Assembly (NCBI GenBank): GCA_965216755.1 | Contig: CBDCGL010000011.1 | Coordinates: 2,304,001 to 2,368,000 of the forward strand | Length of the DNA: 64,000 nt | Direction of reading: 5' to 3' | DNA from: Alphaproteobacteria bacterium | Lineage (GTDB): Bacteria; Pseudomonadota; Alphaproteobacteria; UBA7887 | Part shown: in pieces, positions 19,695 to 30,377 of the stretch | How positions within the stretch are numbered: position 1 is the stretch's first letter | Layout: each line of letters starts with the position of its first letter | Translations under genes and position numbers: made by a program | Notes under the pieces: generated by a model | Database searches by the model: none | The model's input: only the letters and a program-made list of their open reading frames with translations | Told to the model about the DNA's origin: nothing

Positions 19695-19881
19695 CGGTCT
19701 TGTCGCTTGGCGGCTCTAAGCCAACTCTGATCAACCGCCGGGTCGGTCCGCAGGCACAACAACCCGCCGCAATGCGGGCCAAGCCTGCCGCGCCCCCGCA
19801 GCGATCAATTTCAAACGGCTCGCTTTCATCTCGAAAGCTTGCAAACTTCCCGAAACGGCGCGCGGGATTCCGTCCGCCGCT

Positions 19882-20244
19882 CTATCCCACCACGCTAACG
19901 ACCTTAAACGTGTACGTATTGTCGTCATGTTCGGTCATGGAAATGTACTCGCCAGGATGAAACTTGTGGGCCTCAAACCGGAAGAACGGCGTGTCATCAT
20001 CTTCGCCTGGCGCATAGGAAAACGCCCATGTTCGGTGCCGCGTGTGAATCAAATGGCCGTCCTCGTCGTCTTCCCCGACCCAAAACCGCTTTACCACGCA
20101 GGCCTTTTTGTTGTCGCGCCAAGCGTCGACATCGATCTGGCCATCGCCGGTTAGTGGCGCGGTAAATTCGTAGCCGCAGTCGCTGCTGCCATTGGGCCAA
20201 CCAGGATTGCGCGCGAGCTCCAATCGAACCGTCTTCAAAGCCAT
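19882..20244 (-). CDS. Conserved hypothetical protein
   Basis: 120 aa (LELAR...GYEFTAPL..DG.ID...F.PGEY), RBS-like AGGGA, co-oriented in an operon. Confidence 0.75.
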   Translation of the reverse strand: MALKTVRLELARNPGWPNGSSDCGYEFTAPLTGDGQIDVDAWRDNKKACVVKRFWVGEDDEDGHLIHTRHRTWAFSYAPGEDDDTPFFRFEAHKFHPGEYISMTEHDDNTYTFKVVSVVG

Positions 20245-20265
20245 GGCGAATTCCCTTTGCGCAGG

Positions 20266-20535
20266 TCAGTGCTGATGATGATCCGGATGGGTGGCAACAA
20301 AATGCCTCAAGACGGCAACCAGCTGCGAGGCATGACGCAGGTCGCCACGCTTGAGCGCGTTGTCGATGTCGTCGCGGATCATCGCGCGTATGCGCGGGAC
20401 ACCATCCTCGGATTCAATCAGATATTCGCCAAGTTCTGCAGCGATAATCTCCGGCAGGTGCTCATGTTCCGCAATGGCGTCGATTTCCGCTTCGGTCAGA
20501 TCGCACAGGGCGATGCAGTCCTCGAGTGTCAGCAT
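20266..20535 (-). CDS. Conserved hypothetical protein (MLTLEDCIALC...AIAEHEH)
   Basis: 89 aa, GGAG RBS, operon context. Confidence 0.75.
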   Translation of the reverse strand: MLTLEDCIALCDLTEAEIDAIAEHEHLPEIIAAELGEYLIESEDGVPRIRAMIRDDIDNALKRGDLRHASQLVAVLRHFVATHPDHHQH

Positions 20536-20575
20536 GTAAGCTCCAGTATCGTACCTTCCCGTTGCCGGCCAATTT

Positions 20576-21424
20576 TCAGTGTGCCATCAAAACAGGGCGC
20601 GAACCCTTGGTCAAAACGCCGCGCGTCACGCCACCAAGCACCAGTTCACGCAACCGGCTGTGCCCATAAGCCCCCATTACCAGCAATGTCGCGCCGGCCT
20701 GTTCCGCTTCATCCGCCAAACAATCGGCGATGGCACGGCCTGCGGACGATACGGCACGCCGTGATATCCGCAATCCGTGGCGTTCCAAATAACTCGCCAA
20801 TCCCGACGAGCTCGGTAGGTCGGAGTCGTCTTCGTCGATAGCGACCACCAAAACGCCGTCTGCGCGCGACAATAAAGGCAAAGCGCCCGCAACGGCGCGG
20901 GCCGCCTCCGCGGATCCATTCCACGCCACCATCGCCTGACCCTCAAGCGTTTCGAGCGGATCGGGACCGACCAACATCACCGGTCGCCCGGTCTGGAAGA
21001 GCGCCGTTTCGGCCGACAGAAACGCATCCGCGCCGCCGTCTTCGCCGGCCCGGCCAACAACAATGATGTCGGCAAGCCGCCCACGCGCGGCGATGATATC
21101 CGCCGTGTCGCCAATTTCCTCCGTCCAAGTCGCCTTGGCAGAGGACTCGATCGGCGTCCCCGCCGCGTCGCAAGCCTCGGTATATGCTTGGCGGGCTTTC
21201 GCCGTTCGAGCGTCGGCATCGGCGCGACCCGCCGCCATGATGCTTTCGATCATTGCCGGCGACATGCCGTCAACCGCCAGTCTCAACGTGTCGCGCGGGT
21301 CCGGCCGCACAATAAGCCCGTCGACGGCGGCATCGAAGGCGCGGCCGATCTTCAGCGCGGCGTCTGCAGTCACGCGATCGCCGTCCTCGCCGTTCAACAA
21401 CACCAAAATCGAGGCAACACCCAT
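20576..21424 (-). CDS. Universal stress protein (tandem USP domains)
   Basis: DIIVVG, VAWNGSAEAARA and LVMGAYGHSRLRELVLGGVT motifs. Confidence 0.93.
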   Translation of the reverse strand: MGVASILVLLNGEDGDRVTADAALKIGRAFDAAVDGLIVRPDPRDTLRLAVDGMSPAMIESIMAAGRADADARTAKARQAYTEACDAAGTPIESSAKATWTEEIGDTADIIAARGRLADIIVVGRAGEDGGADAFLSAETALFQTGRPVMLVGPDPLETLEGQAMVAWNGSAEAARAVAGALPLLSRADGVLVVAIDEDDSDLPSSSGLASYLERHGLRISRRAVSSAGRAIADCLADEAEQAGATLLVMGAYGHSRLRELVLGGVTRGVLTKGSRPVLMAH

Positions 21425-21542
21425 CAGCGATCCCTCTGTGCCCGAGACTGCGCCGTGTGTTCGGCACAGACCAACGTCCTTATGACAACCATATCAAACA
21501 CTTTAACATGAACCGCAGAAGCGCCGGCACAAATCACATGGA

Positions 21543-23099
21543 TCAAAGTTCGCCCGCGCGGGCCGCCGACAAGTTCAAATGATTGGTGGCGGCACTAATC
21601 ACATCGTCGGGCGGCCGACCGGCATCGAGCCGCCACCAATCGATTTGCCCAGTTTCATAGGCGTTTTGCTGTCTAACCACCGCAACGGTGGCATCCGAGG
21701 GATCATGCTTGCGCCGCGCAACCCGCGCCGCAAGCAGCGCGGGCGGAGCATCCAGCCAAAATCCATCAAATCGTATGCCCAGGCGCGAGGCGGTTTCTTC
21801 AACCTGACAGCGTTCGGCCGGATCAGCGAAAACCGCATCGACAATGACCGCGCGACCTCCGACAAGGGCTCGGCGCGCAAGGGTTAACATGTGCGCATAC
21901 ACTTCGGCGTTCACCGCCGATCGATAAGCCTCAGGCGGCAAGCGTGTCTCCGGTTGAACGCCGAGCAAATGCTTGCGCACCAAGTCACTGCGGACGACTA
22001 CCGCGCCCGGAAAAGCGCCGATCTTGTCGGCAAGCCCGTGCGCCAAAGTTGATTTGCCGCTGCCGGACAGGCCGCCAATTGCGACCATCCGCGGCAGCGT
22101 GGGACGAAGATATCGCAGAGCCAATTCACCATAGGCCCGGGCCTCGTCACGCTTGTCACCATGCGAATCCGGGCCATCTTCGCCGGCTTCGATCGCTGCC
22201 ACCATGGCGCGGACCCCGGCGCGCAAGGACAAAAAAAAGGGCAACAGCGGCAGGCCGCCGAAATCCTCGGTTTGCGCCACATAGCGATTGAACAGCACCG
22301 ATGCCAACGCGGCGCAGTCCCGATGGCCCAAGTCCATCAACACGAACGCCAAGTCATACAATACATCGATACAGGCTATGGCCTCATTGAACTCAATGCC
22401 GTCAAAAGGCGTCGGACGGCCATCGATCAAGCACACATTGCGCAGGTGCAAGTCGCCGTGGCACCAGCGCACCATGCCACCGGCCCGACGTGCCTCGAGC
22501 AAGGCGCCCAGATCACCCAAGCACCGTTTCCAACCGTCACACAGTTGGGAGACCTGATCGGCATCCAAAACATCCGGCACGGCGTCGCGCAAAGTCGCGA
22601 CCGTGCTTTCGACAACATTGGCAACGCCTTTCATGCCGCCATGGTCGCGGCGCGGCATCGCGGCCCTGTGGAAGGCGACGATCGCATCGGCGAGATCGCG
22701 GACAATTTGGGGCGACAATTCGCCACGCGTGGCCATGCGATCCAACAACATGTCCTGATCGAACCGACGCATCATCACGAGCCAGTCGACCGATGGTCCG
22801 GCCCCAGCCAGGCGCAAGGTTCCGTCGTCGCCGCGGGTGACCGGCGTGACGCCTTGATAGAGATCCGGCGCCGTGCGTCGGTTCAACCGCACTTCCTCTT
22901 CGCACGCCGTTTTGCGGCGGCTCACGGTCGAGAAATCTAGGAATGGGAATTTGACCGCCCTCTTCAGCTTATAGGCGGTCTCGCCAACCAAAAACACCAC
23001 GGCGGCATGGGTCTGGATCACCTCAACCGGTTCGGCGCCGCCATGGCTGGCCGGATCGGTCAAGAACGCGATCGTCTGGCTCTGATCTTCGACAATCAT
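21543..23099 (-). CDS. Aminoglycoside-phosphotransferase-like kinase / AAA_33 fusion (Rv2004c-like)
   Basis: AYKLKRAVKFPFLDFS, CHGDLHLRN, FDGIEF, then P-loop GLSGSGKST. Confidence 0.9.
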   Translation of the reverse strand: MIVEDQSQTIAFLTDPASHGGAEPVEVIQTHAAVVFLVGETAYKLKRAVKFPFLDFSTVSRRKTACEEEVRLNRRTAPDLYQGVTPVTRGDDGTLRLAGAGPSVDWLVMMRRFDQDMLLDRMATRGELSPQIVRDLADAIVAFHRAAMPRRDHGGMKGVANVVESTVATLRDAVPDVLDADQVSQLCDGWKRCLGDLGALLEARRAGGMVRWCHGDLHLRNVCLIDGRPTPFDGIEFNEAIACIDVLYDLAFVLMDLGHRDCAALASVLFNRYVAQTEDFGGLPLLPFFLSLRAGVRAMVAAIEAGEDGPDSHGDKRDEARAYGELALRYLRPTLPRMVAIGGLSGSGKSTLAHGLADKIGAFPGAVVVRSDLVRKHLLGVQPETRLPPEAYRSAVNAEVYAHMLTLARRALVGGRAVIVDAVFADPAERCQVEETASRLGIRFDGFWLDAPPALLAARVARRKHDPSDATVAVVRQQNAYETGQIDWWRLDAGRPPDDVISAATNHLNLSAARAGEL

Positions 23100-23165
23100 C
23101 GTGCATCGCTGATGAGGCGAACGCGCGCGAAGTCCCGCAATCGCCGGTTACCGGATACCGCGCCG

Positions 23166-24122
23166 CTAACAGCCAAATTGGGCCACGGGTTCCTCGACCC
23201 CCTCCGGGTCCTGGTGAATGATGATCTCGGCGCCCGGAAACGCGGACCGGACGTCGGCTTCGACTTGGTCCGAAATGATATGCGCATCAATCAGGGACAG
23301 TTCGCCGTCCAACTCCAAATGGAATTGGATGAACGGGTGCATACCCGAACGCCGGGTGCGCAAATCGTGCACCCCCTTGACTTCCGGATGGGCGCCGGCG
23401 ATCGCCAGGATTTGCGTACGCTCGGAATCGGGAAACTCGCGATCCATTAACACATCGTAGGATTCGCGAACAATCTGCCAGGCGCCATAAAGAATGTAGA
23501 ACGCCACCGTGACGGCCACGATCGGATCGAGCAAGGGCTGATCGAACCGGATGACCAATATCAGCCCGACGATGATGCCGGCATTGACGGCCAAATCGGC
23601 GCGATAGTGAAGTGAATCGGCGTTGATGGCGGTGGAGCCTGTGCGCCGCACGACAAACTTTTGGTATTGCACCAAGGCCAAGGTGACAACAATCGAAACG
23701 ACCATGACACCAATGCCGATCTCGCCATAGGCAACCGGGCGTGGCGTTACAAACCGCGATATCGCCTCGAACAAGAGAAACACCGCCGATCCGGAAACGA
23801 ACGCGGCTTGGCCGAGACCGGCCAGCGCCTCCGCCTTGCCGTGCCCGAAGCGATGTTCGCGGTCCGCCGGCATCAAAGCATGGCGTACGGCAATCAGATT
23901 GACCAACGACGCCGCGGCGTCGAGACCTGAATCGACCAGCGACGATAGAACCGCAATCGAATCGGTCGCCAGCCACGCCCACAACTTCAAAATGATCAAG
24001 GACCCGGCCACGCCCGCCGAGGCATAGGTTGCCGTACGCATCAGGCGCGCGGCGCGCTCGTGGCTGACGACGCGCCCGCCCGACAGGCCGCGCCCCGGCT
24101 GTTCAGAGGAGTTGGCCGTCAT
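23166..24122 (-). CDS. fieF: Cation diffusion facilitator (FieF/YiiP type)
   Basis: DSGLD, HRFGHGKAE, ADSLHYRAD, HDLRTR and IIHQDP motifs; GGAGGA RBS before ATG 24122. Confidence 0.9.
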   Translation of the reverse strand: MTANSSEQPGRGLSGGRVVSHERAARLMRTATYASAGVAGSLIILKLWAWLATDSIAVLSSLVDSGLDAAASLVNLIAVRHALMPADREHRFGHGKAEALAGLGQAAFVSGSAVFLLFEAISRFVTPRPVAYGEIGIGVMVVSIVVTLALVQYQKFVVRRTGSTAINADSLHYRADLAVNAGIIVGLILVIRFDQPLLDPIVAVTVAFYILYGAWQIVRESYDVLMDREFPDSERTQILAIAGAHPEVKGVHDLRTRRSGMHPFIQFHLELDGELSLIDAHIISDQVEADVRSAFPGAEIIIHQDPEGVEEPVAQFGC

Positions 24123-24150
24123 ATCCTCCCCGTCAATCCGGCGACGGCGG

Positions 24151-24753
24151 TCATGGATACAACATTTGCGTCCGCCAATTCGGCGCGTCGGTTTGGCTGT
24201 CGCGCTCAAAGACCAAGCGGTGGTGCATACGAAACGCACCATTTTGCCAGAACTCGATCCGCCGCGGACTGATCCGGAATCCCGACCAGAAATCGGGCCG
24301 CGGCACGCGCCCGATGGCGAATTTCGCCGCCGTCTTCGCGACCTGTTTCTCGAACTCAAAACGCCCCTGCATTGGACGCGACTGGCTGCTCGCCCAAGCG
24401 CCAATTTGGCTCTGGCGCGGCCGCGTCGCGAAATACGCGTCGGCCTCTTCGTCGGTCACCGGCGCAACCTGCCCTTGTACGCGGATTTGGCGCCGGATCG
24501 ACTTCCAGTGAAAACACATCGCAGCTTGCGGATTGGCCAGGATTTCCGTGCCTTTGCGGCTTTCAACATTGGTGAAGAACACGAACCCGGCGTGGTCGGC
24601 GGCCTTGAGCAGGACCATCCGGGCCGACGGCATGCCATCGGGCGCGACAGTCGCCAGACAGACCGCGCTCGGGTCGTTCGGCTCATTCGCCTCGGCTTCG
24701 GCAAGCCATTGATGAAAAAGCTCTATCGGATCTTCATGCGCCGGAATAGACAT
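24151..24753 (-). CDS. pdxH: Pyridoxamine 5'-phosphate oxidase
   Basis: [22 protein letters not shown] and IEFWQ...RMHHR motifs. Confidence 0.96.
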   Translation of the reverse strand: MSIPAHEDPIELFHQWLAEAEANEPNDPSAVCLATVAPDGMPSARMVLLKAADHAGFVFFTNVESRKGTEILANPQAAMCFHWKSIRRQIRVQGQVAPVTDEEADAYFATRPRQSQIGAWASSQSRPMQGRFEFEKQVAKTAAKFAIGRVPRPDFWSGFRISPRRIEFWQNGAFRMHHRLVFERDSQTDAPNWRTQMLYP

Positions 24754-24896
24754 GGTGGCGAAATCACGGCCCCTTTCTCACCGTTAACCAGCTCCTATAT
24801 AATACCGATTAAAAGATGGTACGTGCGATCTTCCCCAAAATATGTCGGGTGGTTCGCTGCGGTAAATCTGGTTCCGAATACGGCGAGGACCCACAT

Positions 24897-25370
24897 ATGA
24901 AGATCATTCGTCTGACAATGGCGGCGGCGCTGATTCTCGGCCTTGGCGCGTGCACCCAAGATCGCGGCAACAAGGAAATCGGCGGTACCCTGGTTGGCGC
25001 AGCTGCGGGCGGCCTTCTTGGCTCACAAATCGGCAGTGGCTCCGGCCAACTTGCCGCCACCGCCGCAGGCGTGTTCATTGGCGGCTTGATCGGTAGCGAA
25101 GTTGGACGCTCCCTTGACAAAGCCGACCAAGCCTATGCGGCGCAGACCTATCAAACGACCATGGAAACCAACAAAACCGGCCAGACATCGACCTGGGTCA
25201 ACCCAGATTCCGGCCATTCGGGGCAATATACGCCGACCAAGACCTATCAAACGGACACTGGTAACTATTGTCGCGAGTTTCAGCAGACCATCACGGTCGG
25301 TGGTAAGACAGAAACCGCGTATGGGACCGCGTGCCGCCAGCCGGATGGATCTTGGAAGATCGTCCAATAA
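24897..25370 (+). CDS. RT0821/Lpp0805-type 17-kDa surface lipoprotein (glycine zipper)
   Basis: Lipobox LGA-C, Gly zipper, WVNPDSG, CREFQQ...ACRQPDGSW. Confidence 0.92.
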   Translation: MKIIRLTMAAALILGLGACTQDRGNKEIGGTLVGAAAGGLLGSQIGSGSGQLAATAAGVFIGGLIGSEVGRSLDKADQAYAAQTYQTTMETNKTGQTSTWVNPDSGHSGQYTPTKTYQTDTGNYCREFQQTITVGGKTETAYGTACRQPDGSWKIVQ

Positions 25371-25667
25371 CCTGCGTCTAGGGCTCTTGGCGGCGGTCGG
25401 GCACCGGGTGTCAAGGGCCACGACCCAGGATGCCGGCGTCGTACCCGAACCACAAGCATGAGTAAGCCCGCGTCGTTGTCCGCGGTCTGCGGGCGAACGT
25501 GCTATGGTGCGCGCGGAGCAGCGGGTGTTAAGACGGCCTTGTAGAACGGGCGCCGGGTGGCGCGCCCTCAGACCACACTGGTCGCGAGACGGCTTGCCTC
25601 TGGCTTCCACCCGCGCGATGTCGCGCGCCCAACGATCACGACCGCAAAGGCTTTCTGTCACAAGACC

Positions 25668-26591
25668 ATGACCGACCCGTACAAAATTCTCGGTGTGCCC
25701 AAGAACGCCACCCAGGACGACATCAAGAAAGCCTATCGCAAGCTGGCCAAGGAGCTGCATCCCGACCTGCATCCTGGTGACGGCAAGATCGAGGAACGAT
25801 TCAAGCGCGTCTCGGCAGCTTACGCCCTGCTGTCCGATCCAGAAAACCGGGCGCGCTACGATCGCGGCGAAATCGATGGCAGCGGCCAAGCCCGGGCCGA
25901 ACAACAGTTCTACCGAACCTATGCCGGCGGTGCGGCCGGCGGCGGCGGCGCGCCCGGCGGAATGGAGGATTTCTTCTCAGACTTGTTTGGCGATCTGGGC
26001 GGTTTCGGCGGTGGCTCTTCCCACGGTCGGGCGCGCGAGCGCGGCCATGGTCGCACCAATGTCCATATGCGCGGGCAAGACATCACCTACAACATTACGA
26101 TTGATTTCTTGGACGCGGCCACGGGCGCAAAAAAACGAATCACCATGCCGGACGGGCGTTCACTCGATGTGACGGTGCCAGAAGGCATCGCGGACGGTCA
26201 GAGCATTCGCCTGAAACGGCAAGGCGGCAAAGGCATCGGCGAAGGTCAGGCCGGCGACGCATTGATCCACATATCCGTGGCCCCGCATGACCAGTTCGTG
26301 CGCAAAGGCGCGGACATTCATAGCGAGCTGCCGATTTCCCTGCCCGAAGCGGTGCTCGGCGCCAAAGTAGACGTTCCGACCGTACACGGCATGGTCACCA
26401 TGTCGGTACCAAAAGGCTCATCAAGCGGTGATGCGTTACGGCTGAAAGGCAAAGGTGTTCGCGACAGCAAGACCAAGCGGCGTGGCGATCAATATGTGAA
26501 ACTTCGGGTCGTGCTGCCCAAACCGCCCGATGCTGAGCTCAGTGCGTTTGTGGAACGTTGGGCCAAAACCAAGTCATACGATGTGCGCTAG
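25668..26591 (+). CDS. DnaJ class B / CbpA-like chaperone
   Basis: J-domain with HPD, G/F-rich linker, C-terminal domains, no Zn finger. Confidence 0.93.
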   Translation: MTDPYKILGVPKNATQDDIKKAYRKLAKELHPDLHPGDGKIEERFKRVSAAYALLSDPENRARYDRGEIDGSGQARAEQQFYRTYAGGAAGGGGAPGGMEDFFSDLFGDLGGFGGGSSHGRARERGHGRTNVHMRGQDITYNITIDFLDAATGAKKRITMPDGRSLDVTVPEGIADGQSIRLKRQGGKGIGEGQAGDALIHISVAPHDQFVRKGADIHSELPISLPEAVLGAKVDVPTVHGMVTMSVPKGSSSGDALRLKGKGVRDSKTKRRGDQYVKLRVVLPKPPDAELSAFVERWAKTKSYDVR

Positions 26592-26718
26592 TTCGCGGAT
26601 CCGCGCCATCGTCGTCCCTGGTTGGCTTTCGCGGCCGTCGGGCTTGGTGTAGGATGCCGCCCCACGCACATCTGGAGACAACGGCCCCTTCAACGCAAAA
26701 TTGAGGCGAGAATCGCGC

Positions 26719-27555
26719 ATGGTAGCACCGACGCCGTCGCATGCGACCCAACCAACACAGTTGATGGCCGGCAAGACCGGCCTGATCATGGGGGTGGCGA
26801 ATGATCGCTCGCTGGCCTGGGGTATTGCACGCGCCACGGCCGAGCACGGGGCAGACCTGGCGTTTACCTATCAAGGCGAAGCATTAGCAAAGCGTGTCAA
26901 GCCACTTGCCGAATCACTGGGCTCATCCATTATCGCACCGTGCGACGTCACCGATGATGCCAGCCTCGATGCCTTGTTCGACACCCTTGGCCGGCGCTGG
27001 GAACAGCTTGACTTTGTCGTCCATGCCATCGCCTTTTCCGACAAAGAGGAGCTCAAGGGCGACTACATCAACACCAGCGCGGAGAACTTTGCGCGCACAC
27101 TTCATATATCGTGCTATTCGTTCACCGCTATTTGTCGGCGTGCAGCCGCATTGATGAAGCCCGGCGGCAGTCTGCTGACCCTGACCTATGCCGGCGCCGA
27201 GCGGGTCATGCCGCACTATAACGTGATGGGCGTGGCCAAGGCCGCCCTGGAGGCCAGTGTGCGCTATTTGGCGGTCGACTTGGGTCGACAAGGCATTCGC
27301 GTAAATGCCATTTCCGCGGGGCCGATCAAGACCTTGGCGGCCAGCGGCATCGGCGATTTTCGCTATATCTTGAAATGGAACGAATATAATGCCCCGCTCA
27401 AACGAAATGTCACGATTGACGATGTTGGCGGTGCCGCGACCTATCTGCTGAGCGATTTGGCCAGCGGTGTCACGGGCGAAGTTCATCATGTCGATTCCGG
27501 CTATCACGTGGTCGGCATGAAAGCGGTCGACGCCCCAGATATTTCAGTCGTCTAA
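26719..27555 (+). CDS. fabI: Enoyl-ACP reductase
   Basis: [21 protein letters not shown] and AGPIKTLAA motifs; start could be 26764. Confidence 0.96.
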   Translation: MVAPTPSHATQPTQLMAGKTGLIMGVANDRSLAWGIARATAEHGADLAFTYQGEALAKRVKPLAESLGSSIIAPCDVTDDASLDALFDTLGRRWEQLDFVVHAIAFSDKEELKGDYINTSAENFARTLHISCYSFTAICRRAAALMKPGGSLLTLTYAGAERVMPHYNVMGVAKAALEASVRYLAVDLGRQGIRVNAISAGPIKTLAASGIGDFRYILKWNEYNAPLKRNVTIDDVGGAATYLLSDLASGVTGEVHHVDSGYHVVGMKAVDAPDISVV

Positions 27556-27565
27556 CAGCTATTCG

Positions 27566-28651
27566 ATGCCCGGCAACAGTTTTGGCCACACATTTCGCTA
27601 TACCACTTGGGGGGAGAGCCATGGGCCGGCGATCGGCTGCGTGGTTGACGGGGTGCCAGCACGGATTGCGCTCAGCGAAGCAGACATTCAACCATGGCTA
27701 GACCGCCGACGCCCGGGCCAGTCGCGTCACACCACGCAACGCCGCGAGCCGGATCAAGTGAGCATACTCTCTGGCGTGTTCGAGGGCCAAACCAGCGGCA
27801 CGCCGATTGCCCTGATGATCGAAAACACCGATCAGCGCAGCAAGGATTATGGCGAGATCAAGGACCGTTTTCGGCCCGGCCACGCTGACTACACCTATCT
27901 GCAAAAATACGGTGTCCGTGACTACCGTGGCGGCGGCCGATCAAGCGCCCGCGAGACCGCCATGCGGGTCGCCGCCGGCGCCATCGCGCGCAAGATTTTG
28001 GGAGACGACATCAACATTCGAGGCGCGCTGATTCAGGTTGGCGCGACCAAGATCGACCGCGCGCGCTGGGATTGGAACGCCGTGCCGCAAAATCCGTTCT
28101 GGTGTCCAGACGCCGCAATGGTCGATGTGTGGACGAAAGAATTGGATGCCATTCGCAAGCAAGGCAATTCTGTCGGCGCGGTGATCGAAGTCGTCGCCGG
28201 GGGCGTCCCGGCGGGCCTTGGCGAACCTGTCTACGACAAACTCGACGCCGATTTGGCCAAGGCGATGATGTCGATCAACGCCGTCAAGGCAGTCGAGATC
28301 GGCGCCGGAATCGAGACTGCGGCGATGACCGGTGATGAGGCGGCGGATGAAATGCGCATCGGGGCTGATGGCGCACCGGTATTTCTCAGTAACCACGCCG
28401 GCGGTATTTTAGGTGGCATTTCTTCGGGCCAAGACATCGTTGTGCGCTTCGCCGTCAAGCCGACCAGTTCGCTATTGATTCCCAAACGTTCTATCAATGT
28501 CGCCGGCGAAGAAATAGAGATCGCCACGCGCGGCCGGCACGATCCGTGTGTCGGCATTCGCGCTGTGCCTGTTGGTGAAGCGATGATGGCGTGCGTTTTG
28601 GCCGACCATTTGCTGCGCCATCGGGCGACCCAGAATTGGCAAACGTCATAA
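27566..28651 (+). CDS. aroC: Chorismate synthase
   Basis: [25 protein letters not shown] and GRHDPC motifs. Confidence 0.97.
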   Translation: MPGNSFGHTFRYTTWGESHGPAIGCVVDGVPARIALSEADIQPWLDRRRPGQSRHTTQRREPDQVSILSGVFEGQTSGTPIALMIENTDQRSKDYGEIKDRFRPGHADYTYLQKYGVRDYRGGGRSSARETAMRVAAGAIARKILGDDINIRGALIQVGATKIDRARWDWNAVPQNPFWCPDAAMVDVWTKELDAIRKQGNSVGAVIEVVAGGVPAGLGEPVYDKLDADLAKAMMSINAVKAVEIGAGIETAAMTGDEAADEMRIGADGAPVFLSNHAGGILGGISSGQDIVVRFAVKPTSSLLIPKRSINVAGEEIEIATRGRHDPCVGIRAVPVGEAMMACVLADHLLRHRATQNWQTS

Positions 28652-28667
28652 TAATTTTAACGATGGA

Positions 28668-29363
28668 TTGAGGGAGGATGCCGTGCCACGCGCAAGCAGC
28701 AAGACCAAATCGAAGTCGGCGGCGGCGAAGCGGCAGACAGCCGCAACCAAGCGTCGCAAGACGGCGGCGGCACGACAAAGCCAGGGCATGCCCAATGTGA
28801 ACAAGCTCTGGGCGCTCAAATTGCGTCCGAACCTAAATGCTCTGGATTCGGACATGAAGAAGTTTTTCGACATTTGCGTCGAGAAACTGGGGCTGCTGCC
28901 GAATGTGCTGAGAGCCTATGCGGCACACCCGACCAAGCTACGCAATTTCGCGAACTTGTATAACGAATTGATGCTGGGCGACTCAGGTTTAGACAAGATG
29001 GAACGGGAGATGATCGCGGTCGCCGTCTCCAGCGTCAACAAATGTGTCTATTGCCTGGTCGCGCACGGCGCCACCTTGCGCCAGTTGTCGGGCGATCCGA
29101 TATTGGCTGAAATGATCGCGCACAATTATCGGGTTGCCGCGCTGAGCCCACGTCATCGCGCCATGCTTGATTTCGCCGTCAAGCTCACTGAACGGCCCCA
29201 CGAAATGGGCGAAACCGACCGGCAAAGCTTGCGCGATGCCGGCTTCAGCGAGCGGGATATTTTCGACATTGCCGACGTCGCGGCGTTCTTCAACATGTCC
29301 AACCGCATGGCAAGCGCGGTGGAAATGCTGCCCAACGCCGAATATCACGGCATGGCGCGTTAG
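28668..29363 (+). CDS. AhpD/CMD-like peroxidase-related enzyme with basic N-terminal extension
   Basis: EREMIAVAVS..NKCVYCLVAH and FNMSNR motifs; start uncertain. Confidence 0.88.
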   Translation: MREDAVPRASSKTKSKSAAAKRQTAATKRRKTAAARQSQGMPNVNKLWALKLRPNLNALDSDMKKFFDICVEKLGLLPNVLRAYAAHPTKLRNFANLYNELMLGDSGLDKMEREMIAVAVSSVNKCVYCLVAHGATLRQLSGDPILAEMIAHNYRVAALSPRHRAMLDFAVKLTERPHEMGETDRQSLRDAGFSERDIFDIADVAAFFNMSNRMASAVEMLPNAEYHGMAR

Positions 29364-29513
29364 CGAATGACTTACACACGTAGGTTCGAGCGTTGGAGAA
29401 TGTGGTATCGAGCGTAGCCAATTCAATAGTGGTTGAAGACACGCAGGCTTGGCGCCAAACGTTGGAACGGTCGCACACTACAAATAGACTGACTTCGACG
29501 CCGCGATAGAGCG

Positions 29514-30336
29514 ATGCTGGTCGTTTGGATCCTTATCCATTCAACAGCAATCGTCGTGTTGACGGCGTTGAGCCAGATTGGTGGCGTGGCCTACGTGGCG
29601 ACAATGTTGCTCGCATGTGGCGCGAACAGTTTACGGCGTCGGCTCTATTGGCTTAGACCAGGCTTCTTTCTTGGATCATATGCCGCATTGGCATGGCTAT
29701 CTTCGGTCGCAGCGCCCACTCTTGGACGCGTCGCGCTGCCATGCTTTGCATCCGATAAAGAACCACTGGCAATGCAGTCACCGCTCTATTGCGCTCTGAA
29801 CCGCAACTATGTCGTACCCCAACTGAGAACTGTTGCACTGGGTCTGGCTGCCGATGTCGACCGTCAATTCCCCGGCACCGTGACATTGGCTCGACGGCAG
29901 CTTTCCGTTTGCGGATGGGTTCCCTCTGTTGCCACATCTTTCGCATAGCGACGGCCGGAAACTGGATTTCGCGTTTTACTACCAAACGGCAGACGGTACC
30001 TACGTGCCGGCCAAAACGCGTTCGCCGCTCGGCTATTGGGCATTTGAAACACCCACCAACGATCGGCAGCTCTGTTCTAGCAATCGTTCAGAATTGACCT
30101 TGCGATGGGAGTTGGTTTGGTTCAGACCATTGCTGAACGACTTGGTTCTCGACCAGGAGCGGACTCGGGCGGCGCTTGAATGGCTTTTTACTTCGGGGCG
30201 ACGTGCGGGCGTGTCAAAGGTTTTTCTCGAACCACACATGGCCGAATCGCTAGGCGTACAAAGCGACATCCTGCGTTTTCAAGGGTGCCGCGCCGCCCGG
30301 CACGACAATCACATACATATTCAAATCGGACCATGA
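29514..30336 (+). pseudogene. Frameshifted membrane-anchored protein with MepA/LAS-type metallopeptidase-like motifs
   Basis: Frame change near 29889 joins FPGTVTL to LDGSFPFADGFPLLPHLSHSDGRKLD; C-terminus ends in HDNHIHIQ. Confidence 0.75.
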
Positions 30337-30377
30337 CGTGCCGTACGGCACGATCATTCGCCAGACTAGTTTATTGC

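Noticed and set aside
13677-19730. Very long opposite-strand ORFs (13677-15605 minus, 17361-19730 plus)
   Set aside because: They fully overlap well-supported genes and have no motifs; this is typical of high-GC antisense frames.
21480-21546. FNR/FixK box upstream of the USP gene
   Set aside because: Only ATCAA half-sites; the other half has three or more mismatches.
25371-25667. sRNA in the 300-bp intergenic gap before the dnaJ-like gene
   Set aside because: Only a weak GC hairpin; no recognisable RNA family or terminator. An Rfam search would be needed.
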